From assembly GCF_009914755.1 (NCBI RefSeq), contig NC_060929.1: a stretch of 64,000 bases of DNA. One strand, given 5' to 3'. Source of the DNA: the human T2T-CHM13v2.0 reference genome, Homo sapiens. Position 1 is the first letter of the stretch; each line of letters starts with the position of its first letter. The translations under genes and the position numbers were made by a program. The notes under the pieces were generated by a model that worked only from the letters and a program-made list of their open reading frames with translations, ran no database searches and was not told where the DNA came from. Positions 38,951-50,538 of the stretch are shown here, piece after piece.

Positions 38951-41900
38951 TTTGTATGTCTGTGTCCCTAAATTATAAACTCTTTGGGAGTAAGCACTAT
39001 ATTTTGTGCTTCCTTGTAATCCAATAATTATTATAGCCTGATCTATGGCAGGTGTTTAATCATTTTTGGTATTGATGATGAAGGATGAAAATAAAAATAT
39101 GGAGTTTCTCCTAAGATTTTCTCCTGCTGATAGTCATTTATTCATTCAATCACTTATTCATTCTATGGTGCCTCCAAGGCACCAGACCTTATGCTAAGCA
39201 TTGCAGATATACTAACATTTAAGCCTCATTTAGTGCTCTCAAGGAGTTTACAGTCAAGGAAGGGAGATAGACTTATGAGCAGAAAACTATAAAGCAGTAT
39301 GGGAGAATAAGGACAGAGATAGTTATGGTGCTTTTAAAAGGGATACCTGACCCAGCTTTGGTTATGCTGTTCATGTGAATTGTAAATTTCTCCAAGATAA
39401 TAAAATAGTTTGCAATTAAAACTTTGAATGGAAATTAACTCTCTAATTAAGGCCAACATTAAATATGTAATTTTTGGCTTCTTGAATATTTTAAGGACAT
39501 GAATTTGGTACATAGCAGATTTATGACTTGACAATAAGAATTTGCTATGGCATTTTAAATTTGAATTTATAACATTTATTCCCAGTTGGCATTACATATT
39601 TATTTGCAGGTGGTTTTGCTTAATGTTGGTCTCTCCAACTGTGCTACAAGCTCCATGAGGTGAAGGACCAAGTTAATTGTGTCTTCCATGGTATGTCCCA
39701 GTCCTGCCACTTTAGGCATTTTAAATATTTGCTGAATATTGTTTGAATAAATAATTTGTGGAGAATTGGAAGAGATTTGTGGGATAAATATTTTTATATG
39801 GCATGTGGTTGAACCTGCATATGCTTTTCTATTTTAACAATATTGTCATTGGGACTGTAGAATTTGACTCATAAACATCACTTTGCTTTTCTTGGAATTC
39901 TAATTCATATTTACAGTTTCAAATGTCACCTCTCTTTTAAGTTCCACGTCAACATATTTGCCTAATCCTTGGATGTCCTGCCATTTGAACTTGAAATGTC
40001 TAAAATCTAATTTGTCATTTTTTAAAACTGACTCAAATAATAATCTCACGTGTTTCCTATGTTCTAGGTCAGAAAATTGTACACAACTTAAATTTTTCCT
40101 TTTGCTTCCTATGTCTGTTCATAACTATATCTTATTAGCCATGAAGTTGTGTTTTTCTGTTCCTTTTTATATTTTTTGCATATTCATTTCTTTTCCATCC
40201 CTGTCCTGGAAGCCCTGACTACCTGACAACCACTACATCCTGGTTCCCTTGGCTTTCCTTTCTCTTCTTTCCAGAGTTTCAGACATTTTTGTTTTTTTTT
40301 TTTTTCCAAATTAAACTCACTGAAATACCACAGTCAATCTGATTTCTTGTTCCTCCTCTTACCTTTTAGTGAACAATTACAGGCCTTACTCAATGAACTT
40401 CTAAATTCAACTCATTCCCAAAGCAAATTAAAAAAACACAGTTGGGACTGAACCGTCTTTCTAGCATCATCTTTCAAATGCTTCTTGAAATTTTTTTAAA
40501 CTTAATTTTTTCCTGAAATTATTTTCCTGTGCTCAAATATTTCATTGCACTTTGGTGCCTACAGAATGAAATTAGGATTTAGCCTGATATTCAAATCTGC
40601 CTGCTGGTTCTATCATTAAAAATAGACCATAGTACATAGTAGACATTCAGTGAATATTTTTAAATTTTGTTTGGCATGTGGAAGCTAATGTATGTCAGCT
40701 TGGGATATTGTTATAACACACATTTCCATTTTCAGTTGGTTAGGAAAGAGATTTCTAATTTGTGTGTTCAAGAATTCTTTATGTATAGACTGAGAGGTAT
40801 TTGTCCCCTTGGCCCTGGGGCAGCCTCCGGTGGTTAGAGTTGTGGAGTCAATTATCTTATCTGTTTATCTCTCTGTGCTATTCAAATAACATCATTTTGT
40901 GTGTGTGCCATGCTGTGACAAAGATTGAGAAGCGCTGGGTAACAAATGCTCTGATGGGCTAAGTTATAAATGATTTAACTGTTAATTGATACTTCCTACT
41001 GATTTGATTATTGAGATAAAACAGAATAGAATTGGTTTAATAATGGTTGTCACCTTGCTAGCAAATATGCCAATTCTGATCCTTTCCCACTGCCCTCCAC
41101 TGCATAATTTTGGCTGCTTGTCCTCTTGGGAACTGTTGCTGTCACTAGATTAGCATTTTCTCATTTTCCCTGCAAAACGTTTTGCATGACTTGATGATCA
41201 GTGAGAGGATCTTGTGAAAAATATATTTGTGGTTTTTATAAGTGAAATAGTATCGGAAGCTATTTTATATATTTTTATAAAACTATATCTTATATTATTT
41301 GTGAATTTTAGCAGTTGCATCTGTACACTCCTGAAATTATTTTGAGACCAGTTAAAAGAGGAAAGTATACCCAGCGCATGTCAAAATAATCTGTTGGTCT
41401 ATTTATACAGTATCATTTTTAATATCTTCTGATTTAAATCCATTACTCTATAAATTACTATTTCCACCCCAACGCTATTTCGAACAGAGATTGACAAAAA
41501 CAATTGTCAGAATTTATACTTCTGGTAAAGCCCTGGAAACTACTAGTGTTCACTAATGTAAACAGAATGTGATATAAAAGCAAAAAGTTTCTTTGATTTT
41601 TATGGATTCAGTGTTCTTTGACCTGATTGCTACAGTTTTAAAATGCATAGGTTGAAATGTATTCATCTTAGAAATGTGCATACACATTTGTTACAAAAAA
41701 ACAAAAACCAAAAACTGAGAAGTATTTTAATCTTGTTCCTAGTTATATATATCTTCACATGTATCAGGCAAGAATATAGTTTCTGTACATTTTGAAGAAG
41801 AGTCCACAAATATTCCTTAGTAATGTTTCCAATTTTAGCCAAATAAATTTCAGTATAAAACAAAAAATCACCTTAAAATAAAGCAGAGTTTGGCAAAACC

Positions 41901-42862
41901 ATGTTTTTTAAAAGTCAAAGTTGTGAAGCTCTGACATATACAAACCCTTTGGAAAATTTTGTGTCTTCTTTGTTCACATATGTATTTCTTATTCTTTGTC
42001 TATTTTAAAAACTGTGGTGAGTGGTCTTTGTAAAGACCATAATCCAAATGACTGCACTTTATTTACATGAGCACAACACTCTGCATAAATTCTTCATGAA
42101 AATGAGCTGTAGGTATTATGCAAACCATTTATAGAATAGAATTCTGTTCTTCATTAAAATGTGGTTAATAAGCCAGATGGGTCCCTGTTAGAGGGGATGA
42201 GTATTTGCATCTGAAGCTCTCCAAGTCCCAGGATTTAGTCCTGAGTGAGTCTACACCTTACAAAGGTGCGTATTTACTGAAGAGACCTTGGTTTTATAAA
42301 ATAGATTCGTTCTTCTTCCTTAGAAAATGCTTAATGTCATAAAGTTTCTGTATCATTCACAGAAGTGTATTTGCTTTATATATTTTTGCTTAAATTAGTT
42401 TATCAAATAAAGCACAATATTTAAAATTTATCCAGTCATTGCATGAAGGTTGATCCATTTATCCATCTCTAAGCTATATGGCTCACACCCTTCTGACATT
42501 GTTTTCAGCTAGTAATTTCTGAAGCACTTCAGGTAATTGCTGCCCTCAGATTGCCCACAATCAAGTCATGGAGGTGAAATTACATTTGATGAAATGACGG
42601 CAACAAAATTCAGCTACAGAAAACCTTTTGGGAAAGAGTATTTTGGGACACTGCCATTTTCAGTTTGACAAGAGGTAACAAAATATTTAACTTCTAGCCA
42701 CTTGGGTAAATAGAATATGCTGAATGCATTACAATCTCTTCAATGATTTAAAGTCTTCATTATGTGCATTTGTTCTTTCGATAATACTGTTGAAATGTTC
42801 TCTTCTGTTTGCTCATATTTTAAATAACTCCAAAGATTTCAAATTTTGAGTTCATGCAAGTG

Positions 42863-42873
42863 GTGTGTGTGTA

Positions 42874-42910
<37 letters not shown>

Positions 42911-42915
42911 AAGAG
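42863..42915. repeat. Compound (TG)n(GA)n microsatellite
   Basis: Directly visible. Confidence 0.9.
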
Positions 42916-42984
42916 AGGGAAGGGTGGTGGTGAGGGTGGAGAGACAGAGAGAGATCCCAGCTCCTAGTTAGGGGTTGGGGTTGG

Positions 42985-43301
42985 GAACTGAAACAACAGA
43001 ATTTTATTTTTTCATAGTTCTAGAGACTAGAAAGTCCAAGATCAAGATTTTGCCAGGGCTCAGTTTCTGGTGAGGGCCCTTTACCTGGCTTGCAGATGAC
43101 TGCCTTCTCACTGTGTCTCATGGTGGAGAACAAGTGAGTGAGTTCTGGAGTCTCTCATTATAAAGACACTGATCCTATTGGATCAGGACCCCACCCTCAT
43201 AACCTCATTTAGCCTTAATTATTTTCTCACTCCAAATAGTCATATTGGGGGTTAGGAGTTTAACAGATCAATTTTCAGTGGACACAATTCAGTCTATAGC
43301 A
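42985..43301 (-). mobile_element. MLT1A/B-type MaLR LTR
   Basis: AAACAACAGAATTTTATT...AAGTCCAAGATCAAG...GGACACAATTCAGTCTATAGCA. Confidence 0.85.
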
Positions 43302-44399
43302 CCACCCTTGCATTTTGCTTCCCATTAAACTTCTTTGGGCTTAGAAATATCATTTATTCATATTCATTCATTCATTATTTTATCCATGTGCTTATTAAAC
43401 AAATATTTAAATCTCTCATGTGCTAGGTACGATGCTTATTAGAATTATATACAAAGCAGAAAGAATGAGCTTCAGACAAGATTCTAGAGATATTTCTTAT
43501 GAGAAATATGCACAAGTTTTAGTGTATGGGATTTGTGATTTCTCTTGGCCATTCATGTCTTTGATCCCTACTTAGCTTTGAGGTATGTTTTATTTTGGTG
43601 AGGTGTTACAGATATATGATGAACTATTAAGAGTTAAATATCAAAGGCATTAGGAGAAAGGAGAGCAGTCAGTGTGGATTACAATAATTGGAGACAATTT
43701 TATGGAAGAAGCAAGAGTTGACTGGCTTAACATGAGCTAATAACATTACAATTATATAAAAATATTTACAATGAAAAATTGCCATGTGGGGCATTTTCTC
43801 ACTTGTGGCACTGGTAAGATTTCAGACAAGAGGGTAAATACTTGTGATCCAATAAGTGGCTATAAAAATTATTTGTCCTAATTAAATAAAATTTAATGAC
43901 CATATGTAATGATATAAATGATGAAACCATTTTATATCATAAGCTACTTACAGTGATTCATTATGCAGGCTTCATAATACTAGTTACATGAGATTGGATT
44001 TACCCTTTGTGGACTGTGGTAGTCTATGTTAGGGAGCACATATAGTTGTTAGTTCTGCAGATTGCTGGTAAGGACTAGGATAAAATGTTTTCAAACTTTG
44101 TGAATCACAACCACATTTACACACATGCATACAAAAATGCACATTCACATATTCCATAGAAGTATATAAAATAAAGAAACAGAAGTTTCACAAACATCCT
44201 ATATGGAATGCGCTCTGATATTTTCTGCTCCATTCAATTTTTGTTTTGAATAGGTAGTTATGATCCATTAAATTGATCTTATGACTCATTAATATGTTGT
44301 GATCTTCAGCTTGAAAAAGGCTAATCTAAGAGTTAGGGGAGGAATCAAGGGAAGAAGGTATGTTAGTACTAAATTCAGTCATTTGCAGTGAACATTTAT

Positions 44400-44880
44400 C
44401 ATGCTCGACAGCCATTCCCATTTAGAATTGTGCCCTGATTTTAGTTTACAGATTGCCCCTCTTCCACTGTGAGTATTCATGGTGAGCAGTTATTTCCAGT
44501 TGCCAGCCTCTCACCCTGGTAGCCAAGCAGCAATTACATGATCTAAGTTTGGCCTATAGGATGCTGTCTCTTTAGGGACTTTAAGTCTTGAGAGAGTGAT
44601 TGAGGAAATGGTCAGAGACTATTGATATCACTAGCAATGTCAGCATCATAGTGGCCAGACTCTCCCAGTATCCTCTGTTTTCCTAGTTCTTGTGGCTCGC
44701 TGTGTTCTGGTCAGCCATGTCTGGGCTTCCATTCTCATTTTATTGATCTTTGAGCGGCCCACTTACAACAATGCATGTAATAACATCTTTTTCTTTGTTT
44801 TAGTTTAATAATATGTATTTTGCTTAATTTAACTAGAATTAAGTTCTGTTGCTGGCAAGTAAAGAAACTGAATTGATTCA
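44400..44880 (+). mobile_element. LTR33-like ERVL LTR
   Basis: 3' end TTTTGCTTAATTTAACTAGAATTAAGTTCTGTTGCTGGCAAGTAAAGAAACTGAATTGATTCA. Confidence 0.55.
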
Positions 44881-45358
44881 ACAGTTAAAAAAAGATCTGT
44901 TGTTTAAGCTGGTATAATCTAACTTCTAGCCTGTACTCCTATTGCACATGTTATGCCAGGGAAGACTGAGTAAAGGAGAGGTTGAAAACAAAATAATTTG
45001 ATATAAAAGTACCACTTAACAGATGGCACCAATATATAGCACCATTTCAGAATGCATGAAGTTTTAGCAGTAGTCTAAATATCTAGCAAAATGGCTAGAT
45101 AACCAGTTGAAATTAAAGGATTAAGGGCCAAGAGATACTTATTTCACTTATATAAACATTTCTTCCTTCCATAAATGGTTGTTTTAGTTAACTCAACTGT
45201 TTTTATTTTGTCTTGTTGAGTACAGTTGGGCCAGGTTTTTATATGTAGGTAAATTTTGTACTTGGCAGAAATGCACAGAAATTGTCAGTTTGATTATAAC
45301 TAACAATAAAATGAGTTGATGCTTTTGAGTAAATGGTATCCAAGAATTTTAGAAAGTT

Positions 45359-45499
45359 GTCTGGGCATGGTGGCTCACACCTGTAATCAAATCACTTTGA
45401 GAGGCCGTGGCAGGAGGATTACTTGAACCCAGGAGTTCAAGACCAGCCTGGGGAACATAGCAAGATGCCATCTCTAAAAAAGAAAGAAAAAAAAAAAAA
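45359..45499 (+). mobile_element. Alu monomer (FLAM-like)
   Basis: CTGGGCATGGTGGCTCACACCTGTAATC...CCAGCCTGGGGAACATAGCAAGATGCCATCTCT followed by an A tail. Confidence 0.9.
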
Positions 45500-45611
45500 G
45501 CCAGAGTACTTACTCCTACTACCATTGTTATTGCTGCTATAATTCTTGTGAATATATTTTAATCTCTGGTTTCATATGGTGGGGATATTTTCAATGAACT
45601 ATTTTAAAAAC

Positions 45612-47880
45612 TGCTGGATATAAAATTCTTGGTTGAAATTTTTTTTCTCTACTTATATTGAATATAGGCCCCCAATCTCTTCTGGGTTGTGGAGTTTCTG
45701 CTGAGAGGTCTGCTATTAGCCTGATTCCCTTTGTAGGTGGCCTGGCCTTTCTTTCTAGCTGCCTTTAACATTCTTTCTTTCATTTCAATCTTGGAAAACC
45801 TGATGATTATGTGTCTTGAAGATGATCTTGTGTAGAAATCTTGGCAGAAGATTCTCTGTATTTCCTGAATTTGACTCTTGGCCTCTCTAGAAGGTTGGGG
45901 AAGTTTTCATGGATGATATCCTGAAATACGTTTTCCAAGTTGTTTGCTTTGCTTTCTTCCCCTCCCTTTGCCAGTGATTCATAGATTTGTCCTTTTTATA
46001 TAATCCTGTACTTTTCGGATGTTTTGTTCATTCCTTTTTATTTTCTTTTCTTTATTTTTATCTGACTATCATTTCAAAGTGCCAGTCTTCAAGTTCTGAG
46101 ATTCTTTCATCAACTTTGTTTATTTTGCTGTTAACAATTGTGATTGCATTGTGAAATTCTTATATTGTGTTTTTCAGCTCTATTAGACCTATTAGGTTCT
46201 TTTTTATGCTGGCTATTTCATCTGTCAGCTCCTGTATTGTTTTATTGTGATTTTTAGTTTCCTTGGATTGGGTTTTGCTGTTGTCTTGAATCTTGATGAT
46301 CTTCATTTCTATCCATATTCTGAATTCTATTTCTGTGATTTCAGCCAGCTCAGCCTGGTTAAGAACTCTTGTTGGAGAACTGGTGCAGTTGTTTGGAGGA
46401 CATAGGCTACTCTGGCCACTTGAGTTACTAGAGTGGTTCTTTCGTTGGTTCTTTCTCATCTTGCATGTGGGTGTTACTTTAACTGCAGTGTAGATTGAGT
46501 ACAGTCGGTAGACTTCTTTTCTAGATGTTTTCACAGGGCCAAGGCTTTGTGCAGGGTCTTTATTTGAAGCTGACTTGTCTCTCATTTCAGAGGACGATAG
46601 GCTAGCAGGTACTTTTGGTGATGAAGCTTTGGGGTGTGATCCAGTAGGTGGCCTTTAGGCTTATTGGTCAGTTAGTAGACTTGCTTGGTTTTTTGGCTCC
46701 CCTGTGTTTCCTCATAGTTGCAGTCATATTCCCTCTTAATGCCCTGAAAGTGCGAGTTCCTCTCCCCCTTAAATGCTGGCTGTAGATCATGACTTGGCAC
46801 TCCTAGGTTGCCCACTGAAGCTCTGGGATGATTTCAGAGTTTATGTTCCTTCCCTGTCTGGGAGACAACAGAGGAAGAGACCTTAGTAGTGGTTATGGCC
46901 AAGGATATTTTGCTTGTCTCCCGAGGGCTCCAGCCCAGAGAGATGCAGGTCAGCAGTCGCTCAGTGCAGTAAGCCCCGGATGAAGGGCCTGTGCTGTGGG
47001 CCCAAGCCAGGGGTTCCTTGTCTGGTGAGAAACGGGGGGAATGGGTGAGACCTGTGGGAGATGGACTGGCCTCCTGTCCTTGGATCGACTGCAGCTTGTT
47101 GGAAGTGTGAATAAAGCACTTAGAGTCTTTGCTCCTTCATTAGTCTGAGGGTAGCAGGGGCAGTCCCATTGCAGAGGCAGTGACAGAGAGACTTTCATTT
47201 GCCCCTGAAGGCTCTGTTCAGGGAGTTTCTGAGTTGATACTGGCTCAATGTCCCCAGCAAGGGGTGGCCAGAGACCAAGGCCTGGAGGACCTTCTTGGTG
47301 AAGAGATTTGGGAACGGGCAACCACGTAACAGTCTGGCCATTCTTCCATAGGTCTGCTGTGGAAGCCCTCTGGAAAAGGATTGGGGGTCTATTCCAGTCC
47401 CTAGTCACCTTGGATTTTCTAGTACCTGGAGGTATCAACAGTAAAGTCTGTGAAACAGCAAAGATGGCAACCTGCCCCTCCCTCTGGGAGTTCTATCCCA
47501 GAAAGGTACAGATCTGCTGCCATTCTGAATGCCTGTAGGAGGCAGTTGAAGACCCTCATTGGGAGGTCTCACCTAGTGAGGAGAAAAGGGATTGGGGACT
47601 TGCTTACAAAAGCAGTCTGGCCATATTTTCATAGAGCAGCTGTGCTGTGCTGGGGGTCTGTTCTAATCCCTGGCTGCCTCAGACTCTCCAAAGCTTGGAC
47701 CAAACAAGCTAAGTTTGCCCAAACAGCAAAGATGGCAGCCAACCCTTCCCTCTCAGAGCTCTGTCCCAGGTTTGAAACCTCTGTAGGCAAGAAAACACTG
47801 GCTAAAGGTAGCTAAAGGTCCTGGTCAGGAGGTCCTGCCCAGTGAGGAAGACTGGGATGGGGACCTGGTAAAAACAGCAG
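45612..47880 (-). mobile_element. L1 (old L1PA/L1PB) 5'UTR plus ORF1 portion, antisense
   Basis: ORF 46160-46585 includes MRKNQRKN...AEITEIEFRIWIEMKIIKIQ...IQELTDEIASIKKN, an L1 ORF1p N-terminus and coiled coil; GCTGGATATAAAATTCTTGGTTG is ORF1 antisense. Confidence 0.88.
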
Positions 47881-49335
47881 TCACGTTACCCAACTTCCAA
47901 CTATACTACAGGGCTATAGTAACCAAAACAGCATGGTACTGGCACAGAAATAGTGATAAAGACCAATGGAAAAGAATTGAGAGCACAGAAATAAAGCTGT
48001 ACACCTATGACCATCTGATCTTCTACAAAGCTGACAAAAACAAGCAATGGGGAAAATACTCTCTATTCAATAAATGGCACTGGGATAACTGGCTACCCAT
48101 ATGCAGAAGACTGAAGCTGGACCCTTTTCTTACACCATATACAAAATTCAACTCAAGATAGATGAAAGACTTAAATGTAAAACCCAAAACTATAAAAACC
48201 CTGGAAGACAACCTGGGCAATACCATCCTGGACACAGGAAACGGCAAAGGCTTTATGACAAAGATACAAGGCAAAGATTTCATGACAGACACCAAAAGCA
48301 ATTGCAACGAAAGCAAAAATTGATTAATGGCATCTAATTGAACTGAAGAGCTTCTGCATAGCAAAATAAACTATCAACATAGTAAATAGATGACCTACAG
48401 AATGGGAGAAAATATTTGCAAACTATGCATCTGATAAAGGCCTAATATCCAACATCTATAAGGAACTTAAACAAATTTCCAAGGAAAAAGCAACCCCATT
48501 AAAAAGTGGGGAAAGGACATGAACAGACACTTCTTAAAAGAAAACATACATGTGGCCAACAAGCATGTGAAAAAAGGTCAATATCACTAATCATTGGAGA
48601 AATGCAAATAAAAACAATGAGATAACATCTCACAGCAGCCAGAATGGATATTACTAAAAAGTCAAAATATGACAGGTGCTGGTGAGGTTGCAGAGAAAAG
48701 GGAACACTTATACAGTGTAGGTAGGAGTGTAAATTAGTTTAATCATTGTGGAAAGCAGTATGGCGATTCCTCAAAGGCTAAAAGCAGAATACCACTCAAC
48801 CTGGCAATCCCATTACCAAGTATATACCCAGAGGAATATAAATCATTCTGCCATAAAGACACATGCACACAAATGTTCACTGCAGCACTATTCATAATAG
48901 CAAAGACATGGAATTAACCTAAATGTCCATCAATGGCAAACTGGATAAAGAAAATGTGGTACATATACACCATGGAATACTATGCAGCCATAAAAAAGAA
49001 CGAGATCATGTCCTTTACAGGGACATGGATGGAGCTGGAGGCTATTATCCTTAGCAAACTAACACAGGAACAGAAAACCAAATACCACACATTCTCACTT
49101 ATAAGTGGGAGCTAAATTATGAGAACTTATGAACACAAAAAAGGAAGCAACAGACAGTAGGTTCTACTTGAGGGTGGAGGGTGGGAGGAGGAAGAGGAGC
49201 AGAAAAAATAATTATTGAGTACCAGGCTTAATACCTGGGTGATGAAATAATCTGTACAATAAATTCCCATGACACAAGTTTACCTATGTAACAAACATTC
49301 ATATGTATCCAAACCTAAAATAAAAATTTAAAAAC
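47881..49335 (+). mobile_element. L1 (old L1PA/L1PB) ORF2 3' part and 3'UTR, sense
   Basis: CTATACTACAGGGCTATAGTAACCAAAACAGCATGGTACTGG; ORF 48933-49115 WIKKMWYIYTMEYYAAIKKNE is the ORF2 C-terminus; ends AACCTAAAATAAAA. Confidence 0.92.
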
Positions 49336-49758
49336 ATGTTCTTTATAAATAATTTAGAAAGACAGTAAGTATAAATAGAAAAGTTAAAAAATAACTTGAA
49401 ATCTCTACCACCTAGAAATCATCATCATCAAAATGTGAACATTTTTTCGTACATCATTCTATGCAAATACTGAGAAGATAGCTAGAGGTGATCTTTTGTA
49501 AATAGTACATCACAAAGCTTTCTAAATACAAGTATTTTTACCCATTAGAGCAATTTGACATAAATATGAGGTGTCCAAGATCTTTTTAAAAAGTGACAAT
49601 GCCCAATATTTTTGAGTATGCAGTCCTCCAGGGTAATTTGGCATAATATACTTAAAGCCAAAAAACGTTTATACCTTTTAGATGAAATCAAAGTAGCAAA
49701 ATTATTTGGTCACATAAAATAACTATAGATGCACCTAGATCATTATTATCAGGATATT

Positions 49759-50055
49759 GGCTGGGCGTGGTGGCCCACGCTTGTAATCCCAGCACTTTGG
49801 GAGGCCGAGGTGGGTGGATCACCAGGTCAGGAGTTTGAGACCAGCCTGGCCAACACAGTGAAACCCCATCTCTACTAAAAATACAAAAATTAGCTGGGTG
49901 TGGTGGCGGGCGTCCGTAATCCTAGCTACTGGGGAGGCTGTTGCAGGAGAATCGCTTGAACCTGGGAGGCAGAAGTTTCAGTGAGCTGAGATTGCATCAC
50001 TGTACCCAAGCCTGGGTGACAGAGCTAGACCCCGTCCCCCACCCTCCCCCCAAAA
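49759..50055 (+). mobile_element. AluS with a C-rich tail
   Basis: Full dimer; perfect 17-bp TSD ATTATTATCAGGATATT at 49742-49758 and 50056-50072. Confidence 0.95.
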
Positions 50056-50538
50056 ATTATTATCAGGATATTTACTGCTGTGTTATTTATAATGGTAAAA
50101 ATTTAGGAAAATTATATTACATATGCTCAAATTGGAATATAGTGAAATAAATCATCTTGTTATACTGTGTAGTACTATGCAGTCTTGCCAATATTAGTAT
50201 GAATAATTAATGGCACAAAAAGTTTCTCATACACTCTCTAGTTAAAAACACAGGTTACAAACATATATGCATATATTCCTGTATAAATACATGAGTACGT
50301 ATATATTTACACACATATATGTACTGAAATGGTATAAACTAAAATGTATATTGTAATTTTTTTCTCTTAAATTGTAAATTCTATTTTATGTGTTTACAGT
50401 ATGTTACTTTCAAATTCAGAAAAAATGTTATTTTTAGTTTTTCTATGTCCAGCTATGTGCAGGATTAGGTTTGTAAACATGATAGATATTAATTTTATGT
50501 CAAATACGCCAGTTTATAGATCAATTGTCAAGCAGGCA

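Noticed and set aside
46160-47815. ORFs of 141, 162 and 121 aa as possible genes
   Set aside because: The 141-aa ORF is a truncated L1 ORF1p N-terminus; the others are chance frames in the L1 5'UTR
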